DNA of 64,000 nt from the NCBI GenBank assembly GCA_963666365.2, contig CAXXNF010000002.1, positions 608,001 to 672,000 on the forward strand, given 5' to 3'. This DNA is from Syntrophales bacterium. GTDB taxonomy: Bacteria > Desulfobacterota > Syntrophia > Syntrophales > UBA2210. Shown here piece by piece: positions 16,411-27,657 of the stretch (position 1 is its first letter; the number at the start of each line of letters is the position of its first letter). Under the pieces are notes generated by a model. That model was not told the origin of the DNA. It did no database searches and saw only the letters and a program-made list of their open reading frames with translations. The translations under genes and the position numbers were made by a program.

Positions 16411-19400
16411 TCAATGAAAACAGGTTGTTCCGTTGCCAAGAAGTGAGTCGACGTCTTCTTTTGTTGCTTCTGAAATATTAATTTTATAATTGTCGCCGAT
16501 ATAGATTACTGTATCGGATGTGTCGCCTGATATTAAATGTATATAGCCAGGATAATTACCTTTATGGCGTTTTACGAGATTTTTAAATGACGAAAGATCG
16601 ATATCTGTGCCGTTTGTTACGTCAATCATGAAGTGTACAGAAGTAAAAGGCGTGTTAAGTGCTTCTTCAATCGGCACAATCTGCTCTGCAATAATTTTGG
16701 CCCCTTCTTCGCCTGCATCAAGAGTTCCTTTAATAAAAAGCGGTTCGTCACCTCTTAAATGATCGTACATGGTTCTGTAGAGTTCGGGAAATATAATCAC
16801 CGTAAAGAGCCCTTTCATGTCATCGAAGGTAACATAGGCCATAGTCTCTTTTTTACGAGTGGATACTTCCCGAATGTTGCTTATGACGCCGCACAGAGAA
16901 ACCTGAGCGCCGTCATTTTTTTCGGCCAGTGTTTCCGACGTTGCCGTTGCAAGAATATTCAGGGAATCAGAGTACTTCAGCAGGGGGTGTCCGGAAACAT
17001 AAAAACCGAGCATTTCCTTTTCATAGAGAAGCATTTCGTCACGATCCCATTCAGGGATATCGGGAAGTTTTGGCTCCATTTCATTGACTACTTCGGGTGT
17101 GTCAAAAAGACTGGTCTGACCGCTCAACCTGTCCCTCTGGCGTTTCTGGGCAAGATCAACAATATATTCGTACCCTGCCATCAGTCGATTTCGATTCGAC
17201 TCAATGGAATCAAAGGCGCCGCATTTGATAAGACTTTCAAGCACTTTCTTGTTTACCTTCCTGAAATCAAGCCTGCTGCATACTTCAAAGAAAGAGGTAA
17301 ATTTTTCTTTCCTCGATTCAATGATCGAGTCGACGGCACCTTCACCTACATTTTTTACTGCAGCAAGCCCAAAGCGTATGTTTCCGTCCCGGGTAACACT
17401 GAAGTCTTTGAACGATTCGTTGATGTCGGGAGGCAGCACACTTATGCCCATGTCTCGGCATTCGCTGATATATTTAATAATATTATCTCTGTTATTCTTT
17501 TCACTTGTGAGTAGCGATGCCATGAATTCAACGGGATAATGGGCTTTGAGATAGGCGGTCTGAAAGGAGATCATTGCGTAGGCGGTGCTGTGGGACTTGT
17601 TGAATCCGTACTCGGCAAAGGTAGCCATCTGTTCCCAGATTGTTTTAGATTTGGCTTCAGGTATTTTGTTTTTCTTTGAGCCTTCAAGAAACTTAGGCTT
17701 CTCTCTTTCCATGTCGGATACTTTCTTCTTGCTCATGACACGGCGAAGATTGTCGGCCTCGGCCATACTGTAATTGCCTATCACACTGGCAATTTGCATC
17801 ACCTGTTCTTGATAGAGGATTACCCCGTAGGTTTCTTTCAGAATGCTTTCAAGTTCCTTTGTTTCATAGGCAATTTCCTGTTTTCCCTGTTTTCGTGCGA
17901 TAAAATCCGGCACCATGCCCATGGGACCTGGTCGATACAGTGCAATAAGTGCGATGAGATCCTCGATACAATCGGGCTTCATGTTGACAAGAATGTCCTT
18001 CATGCCGGAACTTTCAAGCTGAAAGACCCCGTCGGTATGTCCCTTGATAAGAAGCTGATATGTTTCGGCATCGTCGAGAGGTATGTGATGAATATCTATT
18101 GCAATTCCCCTGCCCTCTTCAATAAAGCGGAGCGTGTTGTTGATGACCGTCAATGTTTTCAGTCCAAGAAAATCAAATTTTGTAAGCCCCACGGACTGAA
18201 GATCGTTCATCGAGTATTGCGTTACAACATCATCAGTTCTTGTTCCCTTAAAAAGAGGGACGCGCTCGACAAGAGGCACATCGGAGATCACCACGCCTGC
18301 CGCATGAGTCGAGGCATGGCGGTTAAGACCTTCGAGAGACTTTGACAGAGTAATAAGTTTATGTACGGTCGGATTTTTTTTGATTTCTTCGTCAAGCCTG
18401 GATTCGCGTTTTATCGCGTCCTCCAGTGTGATGTTAAGTGCATTGGGAATCATTTTGGCAATTCTGTCCACTTCGCCATAAGGAATATTCAGGGCTCTTC
18501 CCACATCTCTTACCACGCCCTTTGCCTGCATCTTTCCAAACGTGATGATTTGACTTACTTTATCTGCGCCATATTTGTCCGTTACATACTTGATAATTTC
18601 ATCACGCCCTTCGATGCAGAAATCAGTGTCGATATCGGGCATGCTCATTCTGTCCGGATTTAGAAAACGCTCGAAGAAAAGACCGTAGCGAATTGGATCG
18701 ATTGAGGTTATGCCGAGTGCGCAGGCGACGAGACTCCCGGCTGCCGAACCTCTTCCGGGCCCCACGGGAATGTTATTTCTCTTTGCATAATTGATAAAAT
18801 CCTGCACGATGAGAAAATATCCGGGGAACCCCATCGATTTGATGATTTCGAGTTCCGATTCGAGGCGCTCTTTGTATGTCTTGCTTACTTTTTCATCGTC
18901 ACCGCCGGGAATTGATGAAAGCATGTGTTCAAGTCCCTCTCGGGCAAGCTTTTTGAGGTACTCGTCGGCGGTTACCCCATTTTCAAGTTCAAAATGGGGT
19001 AAAAAGACTTGATTAAAGTCAAGGGAAAGATTACATCGCTCAGCAATATACAGCGTATTTTCTATCGCTTCCGGGCAATAGCTGAAGCTATGCATCATCT
19101 CTTCAGGGGATTTGAAATAAAATTCGTCACTTTGAAAACGCATTCTCGCAGAATCGTCGATGGTTTTGCCGGTCTGAATGCACAACAATATTTCATGAGC
19201 CTCCGCATCCTCGCGATTAAGGTAGTGGCAGTCATTGGTCGCCACAAGGGGAATGGAAAGCTTTTTTCCCAGATCTATAAGTTTTTCGTTAACCTCTTTT
19301 TGTTCGGAAAGCCCGTTTTCCATGATTTCGAGATAAAAATTATCGGCGCCGAACAGTTCTCTGTATTCCTCGGCAACCCGCTGGGCTTGCGTTGTATTTT

Positions 19401-19854
19401 GTGCGAGAAGGAGATTGGCTATTTCGCCGTTGAGACAGGCGCTCGAAGCGATAAGTCCTTTGCTGTGTTCGGCCAGCAATGCCTTATCAATGCGGGGCTT
19501 GTAGTAAAATCCCTCAAGATACCCCGCTGATGTCAGTTTCATGAGGTTTTTGTAGCCATCCGTATCTTTTGCAAGAACGAGAAGGTGACGAAAATTCTCC
19601 CCCGATTCACCTCCTTTTTCAAAACGGTCCCTGGGGGCAACGTAAAGCTCACAGCCAATAATAGGTTTTATACCGCTTTTATAGGCCTTTTGATAAAAGT
19701 CCACCGCCCCGAACATGTTGCCGTGATCGGTCATGGCGACTGCAGGCATCTGGTAATGAACGGCTTTTTTGAAGAGATCGTCAAGACGAATCGCGCCGTC
19801 AAGTAAACTATACTGTGTGTGAACGTGAAGATGAACGAAATTGCTGTGCTTCAT
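16411..19854 (-). CDS. dnaE: DNA polymerase III alpha subunit
   Basis: HLHVHTQYSLLDG PHP domain, GPGRGSAAGS, PDIDTDF, FNKSHS, C-terminal OB fold. Confidence 0.98.
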   Translation of the reverse strand: MKHSNFVHLHVHTQYSLLDGAIRLDDLFKKAVHYQMPAVAMTDHGNMFGAVDFYQKAYKSGIKPIIGCELYVAPRDRFEKGGESGENFRHLLVLAKDTDGYKNLMKLTSAGYLEGFYYKPRIDKALLAEHSKGLIASSACLNGEIANLLLAQNTTQAQRVAEEYRELFGADNFYLEIMENGLSEQKEVNEKLIDLGKKLSIPLVATNDCHYLNREDAEAHEILLCIQTGKTIDDSARMRFQSDEFYFKSPEEMMHSFSYCPEAIENTLYIAERCNLSLDFNQVFLPHFELENGVTADEYLKKLAREGLEHMLSSIPGGDDEKVSKTYKERLESELEIIKSMGFPGYFLIVQDFINYAKRNNIPVGPGRGSAAGSLVACALGITSIDPIRYGLFFERFLNPDRMSMPDIDTDFCIEGRDEIIKYVTDKYGADKVSQIITFGKMQAKGVVRDVGRALNIPYGEVDRIAKMIPNALNITLEDAIKRESRLDEEIKKNPTVHKLITLSKSLEGLNRHASTHAAGVVISDVPLVERVPLFKGTRTDDVVTQYSMNDLQSVGLTKFDFLGLKTLTVINNTLRFIEEGRGIAIDIHHIPLDDAETYQLLIKGHTDGVFQLESSGMKDILVNMKPDCIEDLIALIALYRPGPMGMVPDFIARKQGKQEIAYETKELESILKETYGVILYQEQVMQIASVIGNYSMAEADNLRRVMSKKKVSDMEREKPKFLEGSKKNKIPEAKSKTIWEQMATFAEYGFNKSHSTAYAMISFQTAYLKAHYPVEFMASLLTSEKNNRDNIIKYISECRDMGISVLPPDINESFKDFSVTRDGNIRFGLAAVKNVGEGAVDSIIESRKEKFTSFFEVCSRLDFRKVNKKVLESLIKCGAFDSIESNRNRLMAGYEYIVDLAQKRQRDRLSGQTSLFDTPEVVNEMEPKLPDIPEWDRDEMLLYEKEMLGFYVSGHPLLKYSDSLNILATATSETLAEKNDGAQVSLCGVISNIREVSTRKKETMAYVTFDDMKGLFTVIIFPELYRTMYDHLRGDEPLFIKGTLDAGEEGAKIIAEQIVPIEEALNTPFTSVHFMIDVTNGTDIDLSSFKNLVKRHKGNYPGYIHLISGDTSDTVIYIGDNYKINISEATKEDVDSLLGNGTTCFH

Positions 19855-19860
19855 AATGTA

Positions 19861-21327
19861 TTAATCGATCCAGTAATTGGGAGCTTCCTTTGTAATGATC
19901 ACGTCGTGAACGTGACTTTCGCGAAGACCTGCGCTGGTAATACGCACAAACTTCGTTTTTGTTCTCATTTCATCTATGCTTTTGCATCCTACGTATCCCA
20001 TGCCGGCGCGAAGTCCGCCCAGCATTTGATGGATGCTTGCCGATAACGTTCCTCTGAACGGGACCCGTCCCTCGATTCCCTCGGGAACGAGCTTCATCAT
20101 ACTGCTTTCAATCTCATCATCCTGATAATAGCGGTCCTTGCTGCCGGCTTTCATTGCTTCCAGAGAACCCATGCCGCGGTACACCTTGTAACTTCTTCCC
20201 TGATAAAGAATTGTCTCGCCGGGACTTTCTTCAGTTCCCGCAAAAAGACTTCCAATCATTACTGTATGAGCGCCGGCGCCCAGAGCCTTTACTACGTCGC
20301 CGGAATATTTAATGCCGCCGTCGGCGATGAGGGGGATGCCGAATTCTCGAGAAGCCTTGGCACAGTCCATCACTGCAGTCATCTGTGGCACGCCGACGCC
20401 TGCAATAATACGCGTGGTGCATATGGAACCGGGACCGACGCCTACCTTGATGGCATCCACACCGGCTTTGATCAACGCCACCGCCCCTTCATAAGTGGCG
20501 ACATTGCCCGCAATCAATTCACATTTGGGAAAGTTGGCCTTCGTATCCCTCACGGCCTCGAGAACTGTTTCGGTATGACCATGAGACGTATCAATACAAA
20601 TGACATCGGCACCCGCATCGAGGAGCGCCTGCACACGGGCCTCGCGATCGATAATGCCTACCGCAGCACCTACTCTCAGGCGTCCCAGCAAATCCTTGCA
20701 GGCAATGGGGTATTTCTTTATTTTTTCAATATCTTTTATCGTAATCAACCCTTTCAGATGAAATTTTTCATCAACAACGAGCAGCTTTTCAATCCGGTGC
20801 TTATGCAAAAGCTTTTTCGATTCTTCAAGGGTTATGTCAGCAGACACGGTCACCAGGGTGTCTTTTGTCATTACTGCCGACACTGGCTGTTCCACATCGG
20901 TTTCGAAACGAAGGTCCCTGTTTGTTAAAATTCCCACCAGCTTCTGGTTCTTCACCACAGGGACGCCGGAAATCCTGTATTTACTCATCAGGCGCAATGC
21001 ATCGTATACCTTTTGTTCCGGTTCTATGGTGATCGGATCGACAATCATTCCGCTTTCAGATTTTTTTACCCTGTCCACTTCAACTGCCTGCCGCTCAATG
21101 CTCATATTGCGGTGAATGATGCCGATGCCGCCTTCTTGAGCCATGCAAATGGCCACCTTGGATTCGGTTACCGTATCCATTGCCGCGCTGACGAGAGGAA
21201 TGCTCAGTTTGATATTGTTTGTGAGAATTGTCGAGGTCGTAACCTCCTTGGGCATGACATCGGAATGTGACGGTACAAGCAGCAAATCATCAAACGTAAG
21301 GCCTTCCAGAACTTTTTCACACAACAT
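19861..21327 (-). CDS. guaB: IMP dehydrogenase
   Basis: LTFDD, CBS pair, GPGSICTT catalytic Cys, YRGMGS. Confidence 0.98.
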   Translation of the reverse strand: MLCEKVLEGLTFDDLLLVPSHSDVMPKEVTTSTILTNNIKLSIPLVSAAMDTVTESKVAICMAQEGGIGIIHRNMSIERQAVEVDRVKKSESGMIVDPITIEPEQKVYDALRLMSKYRISGVPVVKNQKLVGILTNRDLRFETDVEQPVSAVMTKDTLVTVSADITLEESKKLLHKHRIEKLLVVDEKFHLKGLITIKDIEKIKKYPIACKDLLGRLRVGAAVGIIDREARVQALLDAGADVICIDTSHGHTETVLEAVRDTKANFPKCELIAGNVATYEGAVALIKAGVDAIKVGVGPGSICTTRIIAGVGVPQMTAVMDCAKASREFGIPLIADGGIKYSGDVVKALGAGAHTVMIGSLFAGTEESPGETILYQGRSYKVYRGMGSLEAMKAGSKDRYYQDDEIESSMMKLVPEGIEGRVPFRGTLSASIHQMLGGLRAGMGYVGCKSIDEMRTKTKFVRITSAGLRESHVHDVIITKEAPNYWID

Positions 21328-21352
21328 TACTTATAACCTCCATGGAACGCAT

Positions 21353-21844
21353 CTATCTGTCTTTAGTATTTTCTAAGGGATATTCGCAGCCATTTAAATT
21401 GATCGTATAACTATCTGAGATTTCGTCATAGTCGATGTGTTCAGCAATCTGATAGTACGCAGCTCTGGAAAAACGCGCATCGAACGTTCCCTTCTTTACA
21501 TTGCAATACAGCACATTGTCCTGCCCTATGTGCAGCGTCGAAATATCCAGTGTTTCTGTATTTCCATCCGTCAGCAGAATTTCAATGGTGTCGTCGTTAT
21601 CCTCTGTGGCGCCGGTACACTTATGGACTGTTTTTACTACATAGGGCGTATCTTCTACGGTGATGTAGTGCTTTTCACCGGACATGCGCACAAAATAGTT
21701 TCCCTCTTCATCTTTATCAAGAGATTCGAAAAAAAGGCTCAGGATATCTTTTCTGAACATCTCCGCCCCTCTGTAATACCATGTTCCTTCTCTATCTATT
21801 GTAATGGGGAAGCGTTTTGGATCTTTATCAACATCATTATTCAT
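21353..21844 (-). CDS. DUF1285-like protein
   Basis: I.IDREGTWYY.G, VEDTP, ARFSR..YY. Confidence 0.75.
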   Translation of the reverse strand: MNNDVDKDPKRFPITIDREGTWYYRGAEMFRKDILSLFFESLDKDEEGNYFVRMSGEKHYITVEDTPYVVKTVHKCTGATEDNDDTIEILLTDGNTETLDISTLHIGQDNVLYCNVKKGTFDARFSRAAYYQIAEHIDYDEISDSYTINLNGCEYPLENTKDR

Positions 21845-21861
21845 GGCGCCTATACCCTGTT

Positions 21862-22308
21862 CTACTTTCTTTTGGTATCAAGAATCATGGTGACCGGCCC
21901 ATGATTTATCGATTCGACTTTCATCATCGCCTGAAACCGTCCCGTTGAAACCCGGTGCACTTTTTTTCGGAGCAATTCCACAAAATACTCGTAAAGCACG
22001 GTTGCGCTCTCCGGTTCGCAGGCATCCACAAATGACGGTCTCCTCCCCCTGCTGCAATCAGCAAGGAGGGTAAATTGAGAAATTAGCAATATATCACCAG
22101 ATACGTCTAAAAGCGAGTGATTCATCTTTCCTGCTGAATCCTCAAATATGCGGAGGTGTATGACCTTGTCGGAAAAAACACGCGCGTCCGCTTCCGTATC
22201 CCCCTTGGCAACGCCAAGAAAAACAAGAAGTCCGGTGCCCGTTTCACCGACAACACTATCATCTACTGATACAGAAGCGCGATCAACACGTTGAACAACC
22301 GCTCTCAT
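21862..22308 (-). CDS. dtd: D-aminoacyl-tRNA deacylase
   Basis: MRAVVQRV, SQFTL, GRRPSF, NHGPVT. Confidence 0.97.
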   Translation of the reverse strand: MRAVVQRVDRASVSVDDSVVGETGTGLLVFLGVAKGDTEADARVFSDKVIHLRIFEDSAGKMNHSLLDVSGDILLISQFTLLADCSRGRRPSFVDACEPESATVLYEYFVELLRKKVHRVSTGRFQAMMKVESINHGPVTMILDTKRK

Positions 22309-22364
22309 CTTTCATGAAATCCTTAGGTGGAATGGGAGGCATGTTAACAGCACTGATTATTTTT

Positions 22365-24107
22365 TCAACCCTTTTCTGATAATGAGGGAGAATGAAGTCC
22401 GGAAATTAGTGTACGAATAGATCGCACTTCTGCGTGGTTTTTTTTGAGATGCTCGATGAGCGCACACAGTGCGTCATCGCAGAGCGCCTCAATATCGCGT
22501 TTAAAGAGTGCTAACATCGCGACAACCTTTTTGTCACGCTTGTTCCTGAAACCTGCGTAACATCGGTATCCCACCAAAAGGCTCACTATCATTAAACTAC
22601 CCAGAGCGGCAAGTCCTTTGGGACTGAAGATTGTGAAGAGTGCCGTGACAAGGAAATTCATTGTACCGGAGATACTCGGATTATGAAAAATGTAGTTCCA
22701 TGATTCCTTTCCGGCCATTGCGAATATGAAGAGCAATCCAACAATTGAATAAAGTCCGTATTGGGTGATTTTAAAAAGGCGAAAAGTCTGCGGCGGAACA
22801 AGATCAAGGGGTGACTGAAAGAGGTGTTCCACCTGGTGAATGAAGTCGCGGACGATTTGATCGGGATTAATCATATTCAGTATCTGGTCGGGAAGAGGAT
22901 AGGTGAAGCCCTTTTTGTAGAGTGCCGAAATGAACGTCTCTTTTCTGTGGGTGTACTGAGCGATCAACCTATCGACAATCGCCCGGGAGGCCTTTTCCAC
23001 TTGCTGCTGCCGTTTTTCTGAGCTGCCCGGGACAAGATTCCATCGGTATGCAGCGATGTGAGCGACCAGTCGCCCCGGACCGACAAGAGCTGATGATGCA
23101 TTCGATATTTTCTCCGTAAACAAGGGTCGTACCGTAGTATCAAGCCATTCATCCGCCGCCTGTGTTATGCTTTCGATCCACAGGGCTTTTTCACCTTCTA
23201 TCTCATCGACAGTATCACGTAATACCGATTCGAGCGCCGTGAATCGCTGCACTTCCTTTTCAAGAATTGCACGTATCTCTGACAATTGCCGGTCAACGTT
23301 TGATGTTTTAATTTCCTTTAATTCTTTGTAATTTCGCTGGTGAAAAATTTCCTGTCGCAGATGCGCCATCTGATTCCAGAAGGAAAGCTGTGTTTGCGTG
23401 AAGGCTTCGGTTGCCGATATGTGATAAAGAACAGGGGCGCCAACTCCGGCATCTCTCAAGTAGTGCTGCAGCGTTTCCATCACCGATGCAAGTTCCCGGT
23501 GCGCTTCGTCGGCAGGTCTGTTAGAAAAAAAAAGATCGCTCTTGTTGAGCACGAAATAAAAATTTTCCCGTGCCTTGGGTACCTGTTTCAATAGCTCGAA
23601 AAACTGACCATCGGCATATTTCTCCGGTGAGAGAACCCACACAAGTATGTCCAGGGTATCGAGGAAAAGAAGAACTGATTCACGATGTGCCTTCAGTATG
23701 CTGTCATAATCGGGCAGATCGCAGAGTACGATCTGTCTGATTGCATCGGCGCTGTGTGTATGTTCAATCCAGTGCACAGCCGATTCGTGCAAGGCTGCAG
23801 GCATGACGCCGTCGGAATGGCGGTATACGATCACTGCATCGGTATGGGGTCTTCGATGGCTTGTAGAGGATATCTCCTTTTGTGCGAGGGCGTTCATAAG
23901 GGTCGATTTGCCTACACCCGTTCCACCGATGATTCCCACTGTCAAGGCATTCTGATGTATATTTTCAATTTTACTTTCTATATCGTCAATATGAGCATGC
24001 ATCCCCTCTATCGCGTCTGACGATAGGGTAAGAAGCTCCCTTCCCTCCTGTAGAAATCGGCGGATTCCTCCAAGGTCATCCTGCAGGGGGATAGTATTGT
24101 GACTCAT
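22365..24107 (-). CDS. Dynamin-like/Era-related P-loop GTPase with C-terminal TM helices
   Basis: GGTGVGKST, RPHT, DLPD, NKSD; long helical region; two hydrophobic segments. Confidence 0.8.
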   Translation of the reverse strand: MSHNTIPLQDDLGGIRRFLQEGRELLTLSSDAIEGMHAHIDDIESKIENIHQNALTVGIIGGTGVGKSTLMNALAQKEISSTSHRRPHTDAVIVYRHSDGVMPAALHESAVHWIEHTHSADAIRQIVLCDLPDYDSILKAHRESVLLFLDTLDILVWVLSPEKYADGQFFELLKQVPKARENFYFVLNKSDLFFSNRPADEAHRELASVMETLQHYLRDAGVGAPVLYHISATEAFTQTQLSFWNQMAHLRQEIFHQRNYKELKEIKTSNVDRQLSEIRAILEKEVQRFTALESVLRDTVDEIEGEKALWIESITQAADEWLDTTVRPLFTEKISNASSALVGPGRLVAHIAAYRWNLVPGSSEKRQQQVEKASRAIVDRLIAQYTHRKETFISALYKKGFTYPLPDQILNMINPDQIVRDFIHQVEHLFQSPLDLVPPQTFRLFKITQYGLYSIVGLLFIFAMAGKESWNYIFHNPSISGTMNFLVTALFTIFSPKGLAALGSLMIVSLLVGYRCYAGFRNKRDKKVVAMLALFKRDIEALCDDALCALIEHLKKNHAEVRSIRTLISGLHSPSLSEKG

Positions 24108-25843
24108 TGAAGCTCCTCCAGTCGCTTTTTTGCGGCGTTGAGTGATGCCATTGTTTCGTCGGAAACAGTTACTTCTTCGAAACAGGCAATATACCGATTT
24201 TTCTGATCTTCAATAATTGTCCAGAGACCACTTTCGTACCGGGCGTTGAGCTGACCGGTTATCTTTTTTAATTCTCCGTAGGCAAAGAGTTCAACGGATC
24301 CCTTGGTAAGGAAGGGAGCAAAAACAGAATCAAAGGCAGCCTCGATAAGAGAAATCCCACCCCCCAGGACGGCTTCGAAAGAAATAATGGTGATTCCCCA
24401 TAAGATGGAAGCTGAATAAATACCTATTTTTTTATGCGGGGAAATTCCGGCAGCCAATTCACGAAAGGTGTCGGCCAGCCAGTGGGCAAGCAACTCCTGT
24501 TCCTGAGCAATTCGTGCACTGATTTCTTCTTCGTTACACATCACTCGGGGTTTCCGAAGCGCTTCAAAAAGGGGCGCATCGGCATCGCGGGGAGACAGCA
24601 GCTCGAAGATCTGACGATTCAAGCTCCCCACTGCTGCAAGCACGGGTTCGTTATCTATTCTGGACCGCCTGCGGAGAAGATCTTCGTCGTTCGCTTCTTC
24701 AGATAGGTTCCCTTTTTTCAATCCCAAAAGCCGCAGAGGGAACGATACTATTTCAGTAATATAGCGCCTGGGCTTAGCCAGAACATCGTATTTGTCAAAT
24801 ATAATACGCAATTCCTGTTTTATTGCAGATTTGTGCCTTCGCTCAAAGCGCAACCTCATTTCCTCAATGAGGTTGCGCCACACAACGTCAACGATTTGAT
24901 CCAGCTCCCTAATCCAATCTCTGCGGGCCCTTTGTTCCTCTTCAAGCAGCAACAGCAGGCGATTAAGTGCTTCCCTTATCTCATCAAGACTTCTCCGACG
25001 CTCCTTTTCCCTGATTTCGGGTAGATGCACCGGTGCGAGGATGGTAAAAAATGTATCAACGAATTGTCGAAACTCTGAATGACCGGCGATAGCCCCGTTC
25101 GCTGATGGCAGGAAAGGAATCATCCAGAGTCGATCCTCTTGAAGGGTAAAATTGCGAAAGCGATAAAAATCAACAATTTCCTTCTTGGTCTGGTGTGCGT
25201 CTGCCTTGTTGAAAAGGATGAAATAGCACTTATTCTCCTTTTGAAGGCGAGACAAGAATCTTGACGGAATATCATCGGCGTATTTTTCCTGGCTTGTGAC
25301 GAACAGGACGACATCGGACAAAAGATACACCGTTTCTGCGATAGAGCGGTTTTTGCCGTCTAGTGAATCCACATCGGGTGCATCAATGATGTTGATGTGG
25401 GCGAGATCGTCTCTTTCGTGTACAACAAATGAAAGGGCATTCTCTTCCCCCTTGGTGGAGGCATCGGGCGTATCGATTCGCATTACCCTGATGCCGTCGA
25501 AGAGAACATCCGATTCTGGAATGTCGCGCGCGTGCACATAGGCCACCGGGCCTTCCGTTTTTGGCCGTTCAACGCCGGTTGCGCTTATTTTTTTTTGACA
25601 GAGATTATTGAAGAGGGTCGATTTTCCGGTCCCCGTTCCTCCGATAAATGATACCCACAGGACGTCCTGTGTTTCCTTGTAATGGCAAAGGGCGAGCTTT
25701 TTTCGAAGCGCTTCTGCACGCGCTTCGATCTCGCGATGCGCGCCGGTGAGGCCTGAACTGCGAATTAAGGTCCATGGTATGTCCGGAAATAGTTCCGCGT
25801 TTTTTCTGGGGGGCGGCACTCCCTGTGGATGAGATACAATCAT
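24104..25843 (-). CDS. Dynamin-like/Era-related P-loop GTPase (upstream partner)
   Basis: GGTGTGKST, RPKT, DAPD, NKAD; coiled coil; hydrophobic paddle-like segment; ATGA overlap with partner. Confidence 0.8.
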   Translation of the reverse strand: MIVSHPQGVPPPRKNAELFPDIPWTLIRSSGLTGAHREIEARAEALRKKLALCHYKETQDVLWVSFIGGTGTGKSTLFNNLCQKKISATGVERPKTEGPVAYVHARDIPESDVLFDGIRVMRIDTPDASTKGEENALSFVVHERDDLAHINIIDAPDVDSLDGKNRSIAETVYLLSDVVLFVTSQEKYADDIPSRFLSRLQKENKCYFILFNKADAHQTKKEIVDFYRFRNFTLQEDRLWMIPFLPSANGAIAGHSEFRQFVDTFFTILAPVHLPEIREKERRRSLDEIREALNRLLLLLEEEQRARRDWIRELDQIVDVVWRNLIEEMRLRFERRHKSAIKQELRIIFDKYDVLAKPRRYITEIVSFPLRLLGLKKGNLSEEANDEDLLRRRSRIDNEPVLAAVGSLNRQIFELLSPRDADAPLFEALRKPRVMCNEEEISARIAQEQELLAHWLADTFRELAAGISPHKKIGIYSASILWGITIISFEAVLGGGISLIEAAFDSVFAPFLTKGSVELFAYGELKKITGQLNARYESGLWTIIEDQKNRYIACFEEVTVSDETMASLNAAKKRLEELQ

Positions 25844-25988
25844 AATAGAAACCTGTGCCGATTCATCTTAATCCTTTGGTTTTTAGTCATTTGCGCTTTG
25901 TGTGTATCTATCAGATGGAGTATAAAACATCAACGGGTAATGAGAGTAGCTTGATTTAAAACACGTTTATATTTATAACACACATCCC

Positions 25989-27356
25989 ATGAAGCACAGT
26001 ACCGACATTCTTCTTGTTAATCCCTGGATTCACGATTTTGCGGCCTATGATTACTGGGCGAAGCCACTTGGTCTGCTGTCGATTGCTTCCTTGCTGCAAA
26101 GGCAGGGAGTGCAGGTACACCTTATCGATTGTCTCAATTCCGTTCATCCGGATCTTGTGCATGAATCGCATGCCAGTATGCCGAAAAGGACACTCTGGGG
26201 AAGCGGCAACTATCGCAAAGAGGAAATTGAAAAACCGGAGATTTTGCGCCATGTCGCACGGAAATACAGCAGGTACGGAATTTCTCCCTCTATATTCGAA
26301 AGGGAACTTCGTGCGGTACCCCGTCCCGACGCTGTCTTTGTGACTTCCATGATGACCTATTGGTATCCGGGCGTATGCGAAACGATCGATCATATCCGGC
26401 GTGTGTTTACCGGAATGCCTATCGTTCTCGGTGGAAACTACGCCACCTTGTGTTACGAACATGCAACAGTTCATTCCGGTGCCGATATTGTGTTTGCAGG
26501 CGAAGCGGAGTGTCGTCTTTCAGACCTTTTGCATGAAATATTGGGGCAGAGATTTGATGGTGGGAGCGATATTGAGCAGGCTGAATCATTCCCCTACCCC
26601 GCCTACGATCTACTTTCTTCTCCGGAACAAGTGGCGATCATGACATCGCGGGGATGTCCCTTTAATTGTAATTACTGCGCTTCATCCTATCTAAATCCTA
26701 CATTCTGTGAACGCGACCCTATCGCCGTAGTTGATGAAATAGAATATTGGCGCCGTACATACGGGATTCGCAATTTCTCTTTTTACGACGATGCCCTTCT
26801 TGTCAATCCTGAAAAGCGTATTATTCCAATACTCGAGGACATTCTCCGCCGGGAACTCGATTGCAAGTTTCACTGCCCAAATGGCCTGCATATACGCGAA
26901 ATTAAAGAAGACATTGCCTTTCTGATGTGTCGGACGGGTTTTCAAACGGTGCGTTTCGGCTTTGAAACCTCCGACAGGGCACGGCAAGTTCGCTCGGGAG
27001 GAAAAATAAGCAATGAGGAGACGAAACAAGCGATAGGGCATTTAAAAAAGGCTGGATATGCAGCATCTGACATCGGGATGTACATTCTATGCGGTCTTCC
27101 CGGCCAGGAGGCATGTGAAGTGGAAGAAAGCATCAGGTTTATACAATCCTGCGGCGCCCGTCCGATTATCGCAGAGTATTCGCCAATCCCCCATACCGAT
27201 CTTTGGGGCGATGCCATCGAATCATCACCCTATGATATCGAGAATGAGCCGCTTTTTCATAATAATACCCTTCTTCCCTGTGGCGGCAAGACGATGTGTT
27301 ACCACGAGTATCAGCGCCTTAAAAATATGGCTCGAGGAGGAGCCATTCTCCCTTGA
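25989..27356 (+). CDS. Cobalamin-binding-domain radical SAM protein
   Basis: ILLVNPWIHDFAAYD, LGGNYAT, SRGCPFNCNYC, FYDD. Confidence 0.88.
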   Translation: MKHSTDILLVNPWIHDFAAYDYWAKPLGLLSIASLLQRQGVQVHLIDCLNSVHPDLVHESHASMPKRTLWGSGNYRKEEIEKPEILRHVARKYSRYGISPSIFERELRAVPRPDAVFVTSMMTYWYPGVCETIDHIRRVFTGMPIVLGGNYATLCYEHATVHSGADIVFAGEAECRLSDLLHEILGQRFDGGSDIEQAESFPYPAYDLLSSPEQVAIMTSRGCPFNCNYCASSYLNPTFCERDPIAVVDEIEYWRRTYGIRNFSFYDDALLVNPEKRIIPILEDILRRELDCKFHCPNGLHIREIKEDIAFLMCRTGFQTVRFGFETSDRARQVRSGGKISNEETKQAIGHLKKAGYAASDIGMYILCGLPGQEACEVEESIRFIQSCGARPIIAEYSPIPHTDLWGDAIESSPYDIENEPLFHNNTLLPCGGKTMCYHEYQRLKNMARGGAILP

Positions 27357-27402
27357 TTAAGCGGTATAGAGTGATTAGATTGTTAAGTGTGAAAGGTGAA
27401 AT

Positions 27403-27657
27403 ATGAAGCTATTTTTTTGGTGGGTCGCACAGATCGCAATTGGGTCTCTGTCAGTGTTTTTTCTTCTCGTCGGTATCAACGTGCTTGTCGGATCCTATGG
27501 TCTTGAGAACCCCCTTGAATTTATAATGTATTTTTTTTCTTCGAGCATGTTGATTCTTGTCAGTGCCACCTTTCTTATCTTCCCCGTGGTGCGAATATAT
27601 GGCCGATTCGTAAAAAAAAGACCAACAGTGGGTTCCATCAGTGAGGACGGTGAATGA
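27403..27657 (+). CDS. Small two-TM membrane protein
   Basis: Hydrophobic; RBS present; ATGA overlap with the next gene. Confidence 0.65.
   Translation: MKLFFWWVAQIAIGSLSVFFLLVGINVLVGSYGLENPLEFIMYFFSSSMLILVSATFLIFPVVRIYGRFVKKRPTVGSISEDGE

Noticed and set aside
16759..20928. Long plus-strand ORFs opposite dnaE and guaB (and similar ones opposite other core genes)
   Set aside because: Antisense shadows of well-supported genes.
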